Shown one piece after another: positions 28,651 to 38,774 of a stretch of 64,000 bases of DNA. A program made the translations under genes and the position numbers. Numbering within the stretch: position 1 is the stretch's first letter; the number at the start of each line of letters is the position of its first letter. Under the pieces are notes generated by a model, which had not been told where the DNA came from, searched no databases, and saw only the letters and a list, made by a program, of their open reading frames with translations. Location: NCBI GenBank assembly GCA_963678065.2, contig CAXXVZ010000004.1:416001-480000 (forward strand), read 5' to 3'. Origin of the DNA: Treponemataceae bacterium. GTDB taxonomy: Bacteria > Spirochaetota > Spirochaetia > Treponematales > Rectinemataceae.

Positions 28651-29630
28651 GACGGATTCTCGCGATCCTCGTCGCCGCGTGCGCGACCATGGCCCTTCTC
28701 CCTTCCTGCGCCCACACCGGAGGGTCGGAGATCGGGGACGCGGAAAAAATGCCGCGGGGAGCCGAAACAGCACAATCAGGAATCAAGGAGGAACAGGCCA
28801 TGACCGCCACAAAAAAACCGCTCGTCATCGCCCACAGGGGCTACCGCGCCATCGTGCCGGAAAATACCCTCGAAGCGGCCCGCAAAGGCTTCGAAGCGGG
28901 CGCCGAATGGTGGGAACTCGATGTAGCCGAGACCACGGACGGCGTCCTCGTCGTCATCCACGACGACACCCTGCCCAGGACGACCGACGCAAAAAAAGTC
29001 TTCCCCGGCCGGGCGCCCTGGACCGTCTACGACTTCTCGCTCGCCGAACTGAAACGCCTCGACGCGGGAAGCTGGTACCGGAGGACCGACCCCTTCAGGC
29101 AGATCGCTGCCGGCAAGGTCGGCTCCGCCGAGCTCGCGGGTTTCGCGGGAATCAGGATACCGACCCTGGAAGAGTGCCTCGTCCTGACAAAGGACCTCGC
29201 CTGGAAGGTCAACATCGAGATAAAGGACGCCACGGGACAGGCCTGCGACCCGGGCCTCGTCGAGAAGACAGTGGCTCTGGTCCGGAGCCTCGGCATGGAA
29301 GATTCAGTCCTGATATCGTCCTTCAATCACGACTACCTGCGCCGGGTGAAGAAGGCCGCGCCGGGGATGGCTGTGGCTGCCCTCACCGACGACAACATCC
29401 CGGACATCGTAGGCAGACTCCGCGACCTTTCGGCCCTCGCCTGGCACCCGAACGGCAAAAAACTCGACGAAGCCTCGGTCGCGGCCGTACGGGCGGCCGG
29501 ATTCGACGTGAACGTCTGGACAGTCAACGAGGAGGCCGACATGAAACGCCTCACCGCCTGGGGCGTCACAGGCCTCATAACCGACTTCACCGAGCGGGCG
29601 CGCTGCATCGTCGATTTGACGGGACTCTGA
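28647..29630 (+). CDS. Glycerophosphodiester phosphodiesterase (lipoprotein)
   Basis: LPSC lipobox; IAHRG, PENT, ELDV, HD, NIEIK, SSF, WTVN, ITD. Confidence 0.95.
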   Translation: MRRILAILVAACATMALLPSCAHTGGSEIGDAEKMPRGAETAQSGIKEEQAMTATKKPLVIAHRGYRAIVPENTLEAARKGFEAGAEWWELDVAETTDGVLVVIHDDTLPRTTDAKKVFPGRAPWTVYDFSLAELKRLDAGSWYRRTDPFRQIAAGKVGSAELAGFAGIRIPTLEECLVLTKDLAWKVNIEIKDATGQACDPGLVEKTVALVRSLGMEDSVLISSFNHDYLRRVKKAAPGMAVAALTDDNIPDIVGRLRDLSALAWHPNGKKLDEASVAAVRAAGFDVNVWTVNEEADMKRLTAWGVTGLITDFTERARCIVDLTGL

Positions 29631-29725
29631 CATTTTTTCAATTGCGTCCCCCGGAAAACCGGAGTAGACTGCCCCTTGCGCATTGGTAACGTTTTCCGTT
29701 TTCTAACACCTTAAGGAGGATTTCA

Positions 29726-31030
29726 ATGAAGAGATTCGCGGTATTCGCAGTCGCGCTCCTCGTCCTGGCCTCGGGCGTCTTCGCCCAGACCACGGTCGAG
29801 TTCTGGCACGCCATGACTGGCAAGAACGGCGACATGGTCGTAAGCCTCTGCGACAAGTTCAACGCCAGCCAGAAAGACTACAAGGTCGTCCCGGTTCTCA
29901 AGGGCTCGTATGCCGATTGCCTGAACGCGGGCATCGCCGCCTTCCGCGCCGGCCAGGCTCCCGCCATCCTCCAGGTCTTCGAGGTCGGCACCGCCACCAT
30001 GATGGCCGCCAAGGGCGCCGTGAAGCCGGTCTACCAGCTCATGGCCGAGAACAACGAGAAGTTCGACCCGAACATCTACATCCCGACGGTCAAGGGCTAC
30101 TACACCACCGCCGACGGCAAGATGCTCTCCATGCCCTTCAACTCATCGACAGCCGTCATGTACTACAACAAAGACGCCTTCCGCAAGGCCGGCCTCGATC
30201 CCGAGAAGCCGCCGGTCACCTGGCCCGAGTTCTTCGCCGCAGCCCGCAAGCTCAAGGCTTCAGGCATGGAAGGCGGATACACCACCAACTGGATCTCCTG
30301 GATCCAGCTCGAGAACTTCTCCGCCTGGCACAACGTTCCCTTCGGGACCAAGTCCAACGGATTCGAAGGCCTCGATACCGAACTCGTGTTCAACACTCCC
30401 CTCCAGGTCAAGCACTTCACCCAGATCTACCAGGACTCCAAAGACAAGGTATTCATCTACGGCGGACGCGAAAACAAGGCCAACCCCCTGTTCATCTCCG
30501 GCCAGGTCGGAATGCATTTCGAATCGATCGGCGGATACGGCAACATGAAGGCCAACTGCAAGTTCGATTTCGGCGTCGCCCGCCTGCCCTACTATCCCGA
30601 CGTCGCGGGCGCTCCTCAGAACTCCATCATCGGCGGCGCGAGCCTCTGGGTTCTGAACGGCAAGACCAAACCCGAGTACCAGGCCGTGGCCGACTTCTTC
30701 TCCTTCATCTCCACCCCCGAGATGCAGTCCTACTGGCACCGCGAAACTGGATACGTCCCGGTAACGACCGCCGCCTATGAACTCACCAAGTCCATGGGAT
30801 TCTACAAAGACAATCCCGGCCACGAGATCGCGATCAAGCAGCTCCTCAACAAGGCTCCGACCGCCAACTCCAAGGGCATCCGCTTCGGCAACTTCGCCGC
30901 CATCCGCGAGATCGAAGACCAGGTCTGGGAAGACATCCTCGCCGGCAAACTGTCCGTCAAGGACGGCCTCGACAAGATGGTGAAAGACGGAAACACCAAG
31001 CTCCGCGAGTTCGAGCGCCTCAACAAGTAA
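29726..31030 (+). CDS. ugpB: sn-glycerol-3-phosphate ABC substrate-binding protein
   Basis: WHAM, QVFEVGTATMM, PFNSST, ENFSAWHN, PQNSIIGGASLWV. Confidence 0.95.
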   Translation: MKRFAVFAVALLVLASGVFAQTTVEFWHAMTGKNGDMVVSLCDKFNASQKDYKVVPVLKGSYADCLNAGIAAFRAGQAPAILQVFEVGTATMMAAKGAVKPVYQLMAENNEKFDPNIYIPTVKGYYTTADGKMLSMPFNSSTAVMYYNKDAFRKAGLDPEKPPVTWPEFFAAARKLKASGMEGGYTTNWISWIQLENFSAWHNVPFGTKSNGFEGLDTELVFNTPLQVKHFTQIYQDSKDKVFIYGGRENKANPLFISGQVGMHFESIGGYGNMKANCKFDFGVARLPYYPDVAGAPQNSIIGGASLWVLNGKTKPEYQAVADFFSFISTPEMQSYWHRETGYVPVTTAAYELTKSMGFYKDNPGHEIAIKQLLNKAPTANSKGIRFGNFAAIREIEDQVWEDILAGKLSVKDGLDKMVKDGNTKLREFERLNK

Positions 31031-31054
31031 TCTCCTTCACGTTTCGGCATGCAG

Positions 31055-31079
31055 GGGCCGCCCACAGGGCGGCCCTTTT
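31055..31079 (+). terminator. Rho-independent terminator/attenuator after ugpB
   Basis: GGGCCGCCC-aca-GGGCGGCCC-TTTT. Confidence 0.75.
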
Positions 31080-31105
31080 ACAATCCATACCTTCCAGGAA
31101 CCGAC

Positions 31106-31996
31106 ATGGCCAAACAATACGAATTCAAGGCGAAAGGACTCCCCTATCTGCTCGTGCTGCCGCAGATGGTGGTCGTCTTCCTGTTCTTCTTCTGGCCGGC
31201 CGCGCAGGCGGTCTGGCAGTCCTTCTTCCTCCAGGACCCATTCGGAGGCAAAGTCATCTTCGTCGGGCTGGAAAACTACACTCGCCTCTTCACTGACCAG
31301 TCCTACTCCTACGGCGATTCCTTCGTCGTGTCCGTAGCCTTCGCGGTCTGTGTCACTGCCCTCGCCATGACCTCGGCCCTCTTCCTCGCCGTCCAGGCAA
31401 ACAAGAAACTGCGTCTCGGTCCCTTCTACAAGACGATGCTGATCTGGCCCTATGCCGTCGCCACGATGGTGGCCGGCGTCCTGTGGCTCTTCATGTTCAA
31501 CCCGAACGTCGGCGTCATCGCGTGGTTCCTCAAGCACAGCCTTGGCATCGAGTGGAGCCACCTTCTCAACTCGGGCCAGGCCTTCCTCCTCGTCACGATC
31601 GCCGCGAGCTGGAAGCAGATCGCCTACAATTTCGTGTTCTTCCTCGCGGGTCTCCAGAGCGTCCCGGCCACCCTCGTGGAAGCCGCCGCGATAGACGGGG
31701 CAGGCCCGACTCACCGGTTCTGGAGAATCGTCTTCCCCCTCCTGTCTCCGACGACTTTCTATCTCCTCGTCATGAACCTCGTCTACGGATTCTTCGAGAC
31801 CTTCCCCATCATCCACCAGGTCACTGCCGGCGGCCCGGGCAAGGCGACGAGCATCCTCGTCTACAAAGTCTGGAGGGACGGCGTCATCAACCTCGATCTG
31901 GGCGGATCGGCAGCCCAGTCCGTCATCCTCATGATTCTCGTGATCGGCCTGACGGTCATACAATTCCGCTTCATAGAGCGGAAAGTAAACTACTAA
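31106..31996 (+). CDS. ugpA: sn-glycerol-3-phosphate ABC permease
   Basis: LIWPYAVA, WKQIAYNF, EAAAIDGA, SAAQSVIL. Confidence 0.93.
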   Translation: MAKQYEFKAKGLPYLLVLPQMVVVFLFFFWPAAQAVWQSFFLQDPFGGKVIFVGLENYTRLFTDQSYSYGDSFVVSVAFAVCVTALAMTSALFLAVQANKKLRLGPFYKTMLIWPYAVATMVAGVLWLFMFNPNVGVIAWFLKHSLGIEWSHLLNSGQAFLLVTIAASWKQIAYNFVFFLAGLQSVPATLVEAAAIDGAGPTHRFWRIVFPLLSPTTFYLLVMNLVYGFFETFPIIHQVTAGGPGKATSILVYKVWRDGVINLDLGGSAAQSVILMILVIGLTVIQFRFIERKVNY

Positions 31997-32008
31997 GAGG
32001 GGCATGCC

Positions 32009-32854
32009 ATGACAGAACACACACGCTACCGCCGCATCCTGCCCCACGTTTTCCTCATTTTCGCCGTCTTCATCATCGTGTTCCCGATCTATCTCGTGTT
32101 CGACGCGTCGACGCATTCCAACGAGGACATCCTCGACGCGCCGATGCCGCTCCTGCCGGGCAGCCACTTCGTCGAGAACTATTCCAGAACCTTGCTCGAG
32201 GGCTCGAAAAATCTCGGGGCCTCGGCCTTCGTCATGATCAAGAACTCCCTCATCATGGCCCTGGGAATTTCCACCGGAAAAATCGTCATCTCCCTTCTCG
32301 CGGCTTTCGCGATCGTTTTCTTCGATTTCCCGGGACGTAAATTCTGCTTCTGGGCGATATTCATAACGCTCATGCTGCCGGTCGAAGTGCGCATCATGCC
32401 GACCTACAAGGTCATCTCCGATCTCGGTTTGCTGAACAGCTACGCGGGCCTCATCCTCCCGATGGTCGTCTCCGCCACCGCAGTCTTCCTCTTCCGCCAG
32501 TTCTACATGTCCATTCCGAGGGAAATCGCCGAGGCCTCGCAGATCGACGGCGCGACGCCGATGCAGTTCTTCCGCTCCATCCTGGCCCCGATGACGCAGA
32601 CTCCGGTCGCGGCCATGTTCGTCATCCAGTTCATCTACGGCTGGAACCAGTACCTCTGGCCGCTCCTCATCACGACAAAACAGAGTTTCTACACGCTTCT
32701 TATCGGCATCAATCGCATGATGTCGGGCGCGGATGTCCAGATCGAGTGGCAGATCGTCATGGCGACGACCCTCATCGCGATGATTCCGCCGGTCCTCGTC
32801 GTCGTGGCGATGCAGAAGCAGTTCATAACGGGAATGACCGAGACCGAAAAATGA
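32009..32854 (+). CDS. ugpE: sn-glycerol-3-phosphate ABC permease
   Basis: TLMLPVEVRI.PT, WNQYLWPL, ETEK terminus. Confidence 0.93.
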   Translation: MTEHTRYRRILPHVFLIFAVFIIVFPIYLVFDASTHSNEDILDAPMPLLPGSHFVENYSRTLLEGSKNLGASAFVMIKNSLIMALGISTGKIVISLLAAFAIVFFDFPGRKFCFWAIFITLMLPVEVRIMPTYKVISDLGLLNSYAGLILPMVVSATAVFLFRQFYMSIPREIAEASQIDGATPMQFFRSILAPMTQTPVAAMFVIQFIYGWNQYLWPLLITTKQSFYTLLIGINRMMSGADVQIEWQIVMATTLIAMIPPVLVVVAMQKQFITGMTETEK

Positions 32855-32923
32855 ATACAGGGGTACAACCGATACGCGATGACATATGAGGCGACAGGCC
32901 CGGCTCCGGCCGGCAGGCCGGCG

Positions 32924-34297
32924 TCACGGACAGGGAATCGTCAGGCTCGCCATGGTCCCGCGCAGGCCGTCGGGCCGGGGCTCAGCCTGGGCAGTCCATC
33001 CGTGCAGCTCCGCTGTCGCCTTCACTATGGTGAGGCCGAGGCCGTGGCCATCCCCCGAACGCGCGTGCGAACCGCGGTAAAAGGCATCGAAGACATAGGG
33101 AAGCTCGGCCTCGGGAATTCCGGGACCGTCGTCGATGATCTCGTAGCGGATGAAACCCTTCCCCACCGTCATGCGGAAGATGACTGAGCCCTCCTGCCCC
33201 GAATAGCGGAAGGCGTTGCCGATGAGGTTGTCCAAGGCCCTCTCCACGAGGCCCCTGTTCATGGGAATGGCGGGAACCGAGGCCGGGGGCCCGGAATCGA
33301 GTTTGGGGCCGAAGCCCCAGGAAAAACGCCTGCCTATCAGCTTGGAGTCGTCCTCGAAGCGTTTCCCCACGGACTCTCCGAGAAGGCAGGGATCCACGAG
33401 CGTCATGGAAAAACCCTTGTCTTTCTGCCCGACTTTCAGGAAATCGATGAGCTCGGAGGCGAGATCCTCGAGCTGACGCGACTTTTCCCTGATGATGCCG
33501 ATGTAACGCTCCTGGGTCTGGGCGTCCATGGCCACGCCGTCGGAGAGCGCGTCGGCGTAACCCTGGATCAGGGCTATGGGCGTCTTCAGGTCGTGACTCA
33601 CGCCCATGAGCATGCGCGATTGCCGGGCGAGAAGATCCTTCAGGTTGAGACGCATGAGATTGACGGAAGAGGCCAGGGAGCGAGTCTCGGCGCTCCCGGA
33701 GCCCGCGACCACGTAGTCGAGGTCGCCCGAGGCCACGATCCTCGCGTCGCGTCCGAGAGTGTCGATCGCTCTCTTGAGGGAGCGCACGATCAGCACGGAG
33801 AAGCCTCCCGCGATGACGAGGAGGGCGAGTTCCACCGAGCCGACGAGGAGAAGGCTCCGGTTCCTGAGATTCTGCCGTATGGCGATCGGTTCGATGTCGT
33901 AGATCAGGACGGGGCTCTCCGTGTTCTCGCGGTCCGTCCTCACGATATTGAAGTTCGGCCTCCCCTTCTCCTGTTTCCTGTCGCTCATGAGGTTCTTGAT
34001 GCTGATGACCTCGCCCGCGGCGATGCGCGGAATCGAGGAGAAGAGCACCTCGCCCTGAGCCGAAACGAGGGCCACCAACCGCGTGGGGAAGCCCGTCCTC
34101 CGCGCGAACCTGCCGATGGCCGCGGTGTCCAGCTTTCCCGCGGCCGACCACTCGTCGCTCACCATCTTCGCGAATTCCCGGACGGGTTCCCGGGGATCGA
34201 GGATGAAATTCCTCGTCCCGAGGAGAAAGATGGCGAATATCGCGGGGACGATGGCGAGAGCCGCGGTGAAATAGACGAACTGGGTTTTCAGCCTCAT
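32924..34297 (-). CDS. HAMP-domain sensor histidine kinase
   Basis: Two TM helices, VSHDLKTP, NLIGNA, DDGPGI, GLGL. Confidence 0.93.
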   Translation of the reverse strand: MRLKTQFVYFTAALAIVPAIFAIFLLGTRNFILDPREPVREFAKMVSDEWSAAGKLDTAAIGRFARRTGFPTRLVALVSAQGEVLFSSIPRIAAGEVISIKNLMSDRKQEKGRPNFNIVRTDRENTESPVLIYDIEPIAIRQNLRNRSLLLVGSVELALLVIAGGFSVLIVRSLKRAIDTLGRDARIVASGDLDYVVAGSGSAETRSLASSVNLMRLNLKDLLARQSRMLMGVSHDLKTPIALIQGYADALSDGVAMDAQTQERYIGIIREKSRQLEDLASELIDFLKVGQKDKGFSMTLVDPCLLGESVGKRFEDDSKLIGRRFSWGFGPKLDSGPPASVPAIPMNRGLVERALDNLIGNAFRYSGQEGSVIFRMTVGKGFIRYEIIDDGPGIPEAELPYVFDAFYRGSHARSGDGHGLGLTIVKATAELHGWTAQAEPRPDGLRGTMASLTIPCP

Positions 34298-35016
34298 GAT
34301 ATGAACCCCGTATGTATAAGACTTTCGGGATTGAAGCGGTAGCCGAGCCCGTGAATTGTCTGAATATAGTACGGCGCGGAGGGATCGTCCTCGAGTTTGC
34401 GCCTGAGGCGCTGGATATAGACGCCGACCGCGCCGACGTCGCCGAATTCCTTGCCCCACACAGCGTCGTAGATCTCCTGAGGAGAGAGGGGGCGGCCGGA
34501 TTCGCTCACGAGGAAACAGAGAATGCCGAGTTCCCTCGAGGAAAGGGAAACAGGCACTCTGTCCCTGCGCAGGTACATGGCCTCGGTATCGAGATCGAAG
34601 GGGCCGAAACGGTAGCGGTTGACGGCGGAAGCCTGGTCCTCGGTCCTGGATTCCGCCGACCTCCGCAGATGGGCCCGCGCGCGCGCGGCGAGGACACGCG
34701 GAGGACAGGGTTTGGTCACGAAGTCGTCGGCTCCCGTCCCGAGCCCGAGGATAACGTCCTCGTCGGCCTCGCGCGCGGAGAGTATCATGACCGGAGTCTG
34801 GCTCATCGAGCGGAAGCGTTCGAGGAACTGGAAGCCGTCCATTCCGGGCAGGTTCAGGTCGAGTATCACGAGATCCCAGGACGTGGAGGTCACAAGGGGA
34901 AGCGCCGTCTCGGCGTCGGGGGCGATGGAGCACTCGAGTCCCTCTCTCTCGAGATAGAGTGCGTAGAGTTCGGCCAGCTCGACAGTATCCTCGATGATAA
35001 GGACCCGACCTTTCAT
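34294..35016 (-). CDS. OmpR/PhoB family response regulator
   Basis: IED, LDLNLP, GADDFVTKP, LRRKLE...TIHGLGY. Confidence 0.96.
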   Translation of the reverse strand: MKGRVLIIEDTVELAELYALYLEREGLECSIAPDAETALPLVTSTSWDLVILDLNLPGMDGFQFLERFRSMSQTPVMILSAREADEDVILGLGTGADDFVTKPCPPRVLAARARAHLRRSAESRTEDQASAVNRYRFGPFDLDTEAMYLRRDRVPVSLSSRELGILCFLVSESGRPLSPQEIYDAVWGKEFGDVGAVGVYIQRLRRKLEDDPSAPYYIQTIHGLGYRFNPESLIHTGFIS

Positions 35017-35039
35017 GACGGCCTCCTTAAGGACCTCTC

Positions 35040-36452
35040 TCAGAACGTGAAAGCTTTGTACGAAAGATCCAGCTTGAGGTCGATCCTATCAGGCGCGCCC
35101 CAGGAGACAAAGGTCATGGGCAGGGAAACGGCGAAGCTCGAGACGAGATTCGGCGTCAGGGTGATCTTGGGCGTCACCTTCACGGAGGAGTCGGAGATGT
35201 TCGCTATCACCGTGGTTCCCAGGGCGAGGACATCGTCGAAGAGTCCCGTCAGGTTCGCGCTGCCGGCTGCGTACCACATGCCCGCCTGTGTCCTGTCCTG
35301 CTGGTTCAGCAAGGTGTAGGCGGCGGATGTCTTCAGGATGGAAGTGTCCTCGTAGCCTGTCCCATTGTAATACCCCTGTCCGCGGAGTTCGATGGAATAC
35401 AGATTGTCGCGGTTGTCGTAGGCCCACTTGAAGCCCAGTGTGCCCTGGAATACCGGCCGGTCCGCAATCGTGTAGGTCGCGTAGGCGGGGGAGATTCCTG
35501 TGGCGCGGAGGTAGGTCCTGTCCGAACCCCAGGCCGCGACTCCCTCCCCGTAGACGTCGAAGGCTCCGATCGCCCCGGAGAACATCGTCATGAGGCGGGG
35601 GCTCACCGCGAGATCGGGCCGGTAGTAGCCTCCGAGGCTGAGCTCGAAGTTGCCGACGACGACATCGGTCTTGGCAGCCACGGCGCTGCCCATGGGATCG
35701 AAGTTCTTCGCGCCTATGACGTAGACGGTGGCGAGATTCTGTTTGAAGGGTATGTCGGCCTTGAAGGCGAAGGGCCCTTCCCGCTTGGCCTCAGGATCAT
35801 CCGGGTCGATCTGGGCCAGACTGAGGATATCCGCCGGGCTGTACCAGTAGCCGACGCCCCAGCTGACGTACTGTTTCCCGAACCTGAAGAAGACCGAACG
35901 GTCGATCGCCGTGTCCGCGAAGGCTTCCAGAAGGGGGAAGGTCCAGAGACTCGACGGCGTCGTAGTATCGTACAGTGTCTTTCCGGATATATAGAAGCGA
36001 GAGAGCTCCGAAGGCCTGACATCCGCGTAGTAGTCGAAGAGTGTCGAGTAGATCCCGGCCGGACTGACGATGGTCGTGTTGTCCAGGTGGAGCTTGACCG
36101 TTTTCGAGGGAAGGAAGTCGAGTCCGAAAACAGACTTCGCGGTGGGCAGGAGACTGTTGCGGGCGACCGTTCCCGTAGAGGGAGGGTCGAGGTTCCAGAA
36201 TCCGGCGACTATGGCGCTCGCCGTGCCCGTCAGCTGCACCGAAGGTGCAAATGGTTTCTGGGCCACGAGGGTCACCGTCCCCGCGGCAGCCTCGGTGGGA
36301 TCGACCACCGTCACGAGGTCGGAGCTCCCCCCGAAGAGGGCGTTCTCGTCGAGGGGAACCGAAACGTTGGTGATGTCCTGGGACCAGGAGGAGAAAACCG
36401 CGGTCAGCGCGAAGAGCGGAAGAAGCGCGATTTTATGGGGAAATGTCCTCAT
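35040..36452 (-). CDS. Putative outer-membrane beta-barrel protein
   Basis: Signal peptide, RFGKQYVSWGVG, alternating beta strands, terminal Phe. Confidence 0.7.
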   Translation of the reverse strand: MRTFPHKIALLPLFALTAVFSSWSQDITNVSVPLDENALFGGSSDLVTVVDPTEAAAGTVTLVAQKPFAPSVQLTGTASAIVAGFWNLDPPSTGTVARNSLLPTAKSVFGLDFLPSKTVKLHLDNTTIVSPAGIYSTLFDYYADVRPSELSRFYISGKTLYDTTTPSSLWTFPLLEAFADTAIDRSVFFRFGKQYVSWGVGYWYSPADILSLAQIDPDDPEAKREGPFAFKADIPFKQNLATVYVIGAKNFDPMGSAVAAKTDVVVGNFELSLGGYYRPDLAVSPRLMTMFSGAIGAFDVYGEGVAAWGSDRTYLRATGISPAYATYTIADRPVFQGTLGFKWAYDNRDNLYSIELRGQGYYNGTGYEDTSILKTSAAYTLLNQQDRTQAGMWYAAGSANLTGLFDDVLALGTTVIANISDSSVKVTPKITLTPNLVSSFAVSLPMTFVSWGAPDRIDLKLDLSYKAFTF

Positions 36453-36461
36453 CTGCGGCTC

Positions 36462-37397
36462 CTACTTGGCAAGTCGTTCGAGATATGCTTTGGAGAAGAC
36501 ATCGTCGGGAATGGGTTTCGTCGAGATATCGGTGTAGGTCGACTGGGTGCGCTTCTCGGGGATGAGTCCGTCCTGGTATATCTGGGTGGTGGGTATGTAG
36601 GAATCGCCGATCTGCACGTAGTTGGTGTAGTAGGATGTGCGCAGAAGCTTCTTGGAAAGGCTGTATTCCTCGACCTTGAGAACTATCGTCCTGTCCTTTT
36701 CGACCCACATCTTTATGTACGGAAAGGCGACCTCATCGTTCGTGGCCTTCATCTCGGCCATGAGGACATCATACTTGCCGAGCTTGGTCGGGACGACGCT
36801 CTCGACCGAATAATCGAGGGAGCGCTGCGTGCGGCGGAAGTCGGAATTGCGGGCCGTCGTGTCCTCGTATTGGTCCTTCAGTGTTGTGTGCATGAACTTT
36901 CGACTCGTCGGGTCGTAGCGCCACATGTTGTTGTCGACGCGGAGCATGCCCTGGCCCTTGCGCGATTCGGGTTCGATCGTGACCATGAGGAAGGCGTCGT
37001 CGCGGTCGCGGCGGTAGATCATGTTTTTTCGTGTCATGGTGCCGCGGTCGGGGCTGACGCTCACCATGTTGATCGTCGCCGTCATGTCCGAATTGTAGAA
37101 GCTCGAACTGATGTCGGTTCTCTTCACGAGTTCGAAGAAATCCTTCGCGGTGAAGTCCTTGATGTCGGCGGGAAGAGGCTTGTCGGAGGCGGGCCCCGTA
37201 AGGGGAGAGCGCATAAAGGGCTGCCCCTGTCCAGGTCTGGAACCCTGGCCGGACTGGGTCGACGAGGAACCGGAGCCGCCGGAGCTGCCGGTCCCGGAAC
37301 CTGTTCCCTGAGTCTGTGTCTGGGCCTGGGCCGCGGTCGCGAGGATGACGAGGAGAAACGAAACGGAGAAAAAACGCAGGGCGATTTTCTTCAGCAT
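36462..37397 (-). CDS. Outer-membrane lipoprotein-sorting (LolA-like) protein
   Basis: Signal peptide, G/S linker, EPESRKGQGMLRVDNNMWRY, SDF, IPDDVFSKAYL. Confidence 0.85.
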   Translation of the reverse strand: MLKKIALRFFSVSFLLVILATAAQAQTQTQGTGSGTGSSGGSGSSSTQSGQGSRPGQGQPFMRSPLTGPASDKPLPADIKDFTAKDFFELVKRTDISSSFYNSDMTATINMVSVSPDRGTMTRKNMIYRRDRDDAFLMVTIEPESRKGQGMLRVDNNMWRYDPTSRKFMHTTLKDQYEDTTARNSDFRRTQRSLDYSVESVVPTKLGKYDVLMAEMKATNDEVAFPYIKMWVEKDRTIVLKVEEYSLSKKLLRTSYYTNYVQIGDSYIPTTQIYQDGLIPEKRTQSTYTDISTKPIPDDVFSKAYLERLAK

Positions 37398-37408
37398 GAT
37401 GGACTCCT

Positions 37409-38761
37409 TTACGTTGTTGTTCTCATGGCCTCGGCGGGAACGAGGGCGGCGGCGCGCCTCGCGGGGCCGCTCACGGCCGCAAACGACATGAGTATGACTG
37501 CTCCGAACGTGAGGGCGAGGGAAACCGCACCGGGCAGGAAACTCAGCCTGCCCCGCGAGAGGGCGAGGGCCAGGCTGCCCGAGGCGCTGAAGGGAAGGAG
37601 GCCGGCCGCGTAGCCGACGGGAAAACTCAGGGCGAGGCCCGCCGAGCAGCCCAGGATCGCTACGGAAACCGCCTCCAGGACAAAGATGCGGAACACATGC
37701 CTCCTGCGGAAACCGATGCAGCGAAGGGTCCCGATCTCGCGGGTCCTCTCCATGAGGACCATGCGGTAGGTGTTCGCTATCCCCGCCGCGGTGAGGGCGA
37801 GCATGATCACGAAGACAGCGACGCCTATCCACCGGATCGTTCCGAGCACGGCGCCCGCCTGTCCGGAGAGCTCGTTGATACTCGCGACCCTGAGCATGCG
37901 CGATCCGGGCTCCGGAGCGGGCAAAGATGCGCCCGCGGCTTGATCCGTCCCGGCACCCGGGCCGCCCCGCCCCGGATCGGGACTGGCAGTCCGAGTGGCG
38001 GCCTGGCCGGCTTTTGTCCGTGGGGCGACGGGATACGAGGCGGCCAGGATGTCATGTATTCTGGCCGCAGCCGCGTCCGCCCCCGACGCGTCGTCGAGGA
38101 AGACGGCGAGGGACTGGAACCAGCCATCGGGGAGATTGAGGTCGGCGCGGAGGTCGCCGAAGCCGACGAAGGCGGCGAGAAGCCCGCCGGCCGCGGAATC
38201 GTCGTATACGGCCGCAAGCTTGTACTCGGTGACGTTCTGCTGGCCGCTCGCCGTGGAAAAGTGCGCGAGCAGGGTGTCGCCAAGACCGAGCCCGAATCGC
38301 CTGGCCGCCCTCGCGCCGAGGATGATGGCCCTCGGCTGAGCGGCCGCTTCGATGGAGCCGAGCGTGACGATGAGATTTTCGCGGTAGAGCCTGTCGGCGC
38401 TCCAGTCGACGCCACGGAGGGTGATCTGCTGCTCGCGGGAACCGAAGACAAGGCTCGCCTGGACGGAGACGATGGGCGAGACAGAGCGCGCTCCGGGGAC
38501 AGCGTCGGCTATCGCTTTAGCCATCGATCCGTCGTCGCTCATCCTCGTCTGTATCCTGCCCGAGGCAGAGCGCATGCTTCCGGTGATGATGACGTGGCCG
38601 CCTGTCGCGAGGGTGATGTTGTCCTGCACAGCCTTGTTCATCCCGGAGGTGAAGCCCGAGGAAAGGCAGATGATGAGGACAGCGAAGGCCACGGCCGAGC
38701 CGAGAAGGAGGCTCCGGCGCTTCTGGCGGGTCAGGTTCCGCATCGCCATGGTCAGTATCAC
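37409..38761 (-). CDS. FtsX/MacB-type ABC permease
   Basis: AMRNL.RQKRRS, large periplasmic domain, MERTREIGTLRCIG, PAEAMR. Confidence 0.92.
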   Translation of the reverse strand: MILTMAMRNLTRQKRRSLLLGSAVAFAVLIICLSSGFTSGMNKAVQDNITLATGGHVIITGSMRSASGRIQTRMSDDGSMAKAIADAVPGARSVSPIVSVQASLVFGSREQQITLRGVDWSADRLYRENLIVTLGSIEAAAQPRAIILGARAARRFGLGLGDTLLAHFSTASGQQNVTEYKLAAVYDDSAAGGLLAAFVGFGDLRADLNLPDGWFQSLAVFLDDASGADAAAARIHDILAASYPVAPRTKAGQAATRTASPDPGRGGPGAGTDQAAGASLPAPEPGSRMLRVASINELSGQAGAVLGTIRWIGVAVFVIMLALTAAGIANTYRMVLMERTREIGTLRCIGFRRRHVFRIFVLEAVSVAILGCSAGLALSFPVGYAAGLLPFSASGSLALALSRGRLSFLPGAVSLALTFGAVILMSFAAVSGPARRAAALVPAEAMRTTT

Positions 38762-38774
38762 TTCGCCCTCCCCT

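Noticed and set aside
29684..29698. LacI/cre-like site TGGTAACGTTTTCC before ugpB
   Set aside because: Single imperfect match that differs from the operator at 52849; insufficient support.
37240..37330. Gly/Ser/Gln repeats (also Ala/Thr/Pro tracts near 39380-39500)
   Set aside because: Ordinary low-complexity protein linkers.
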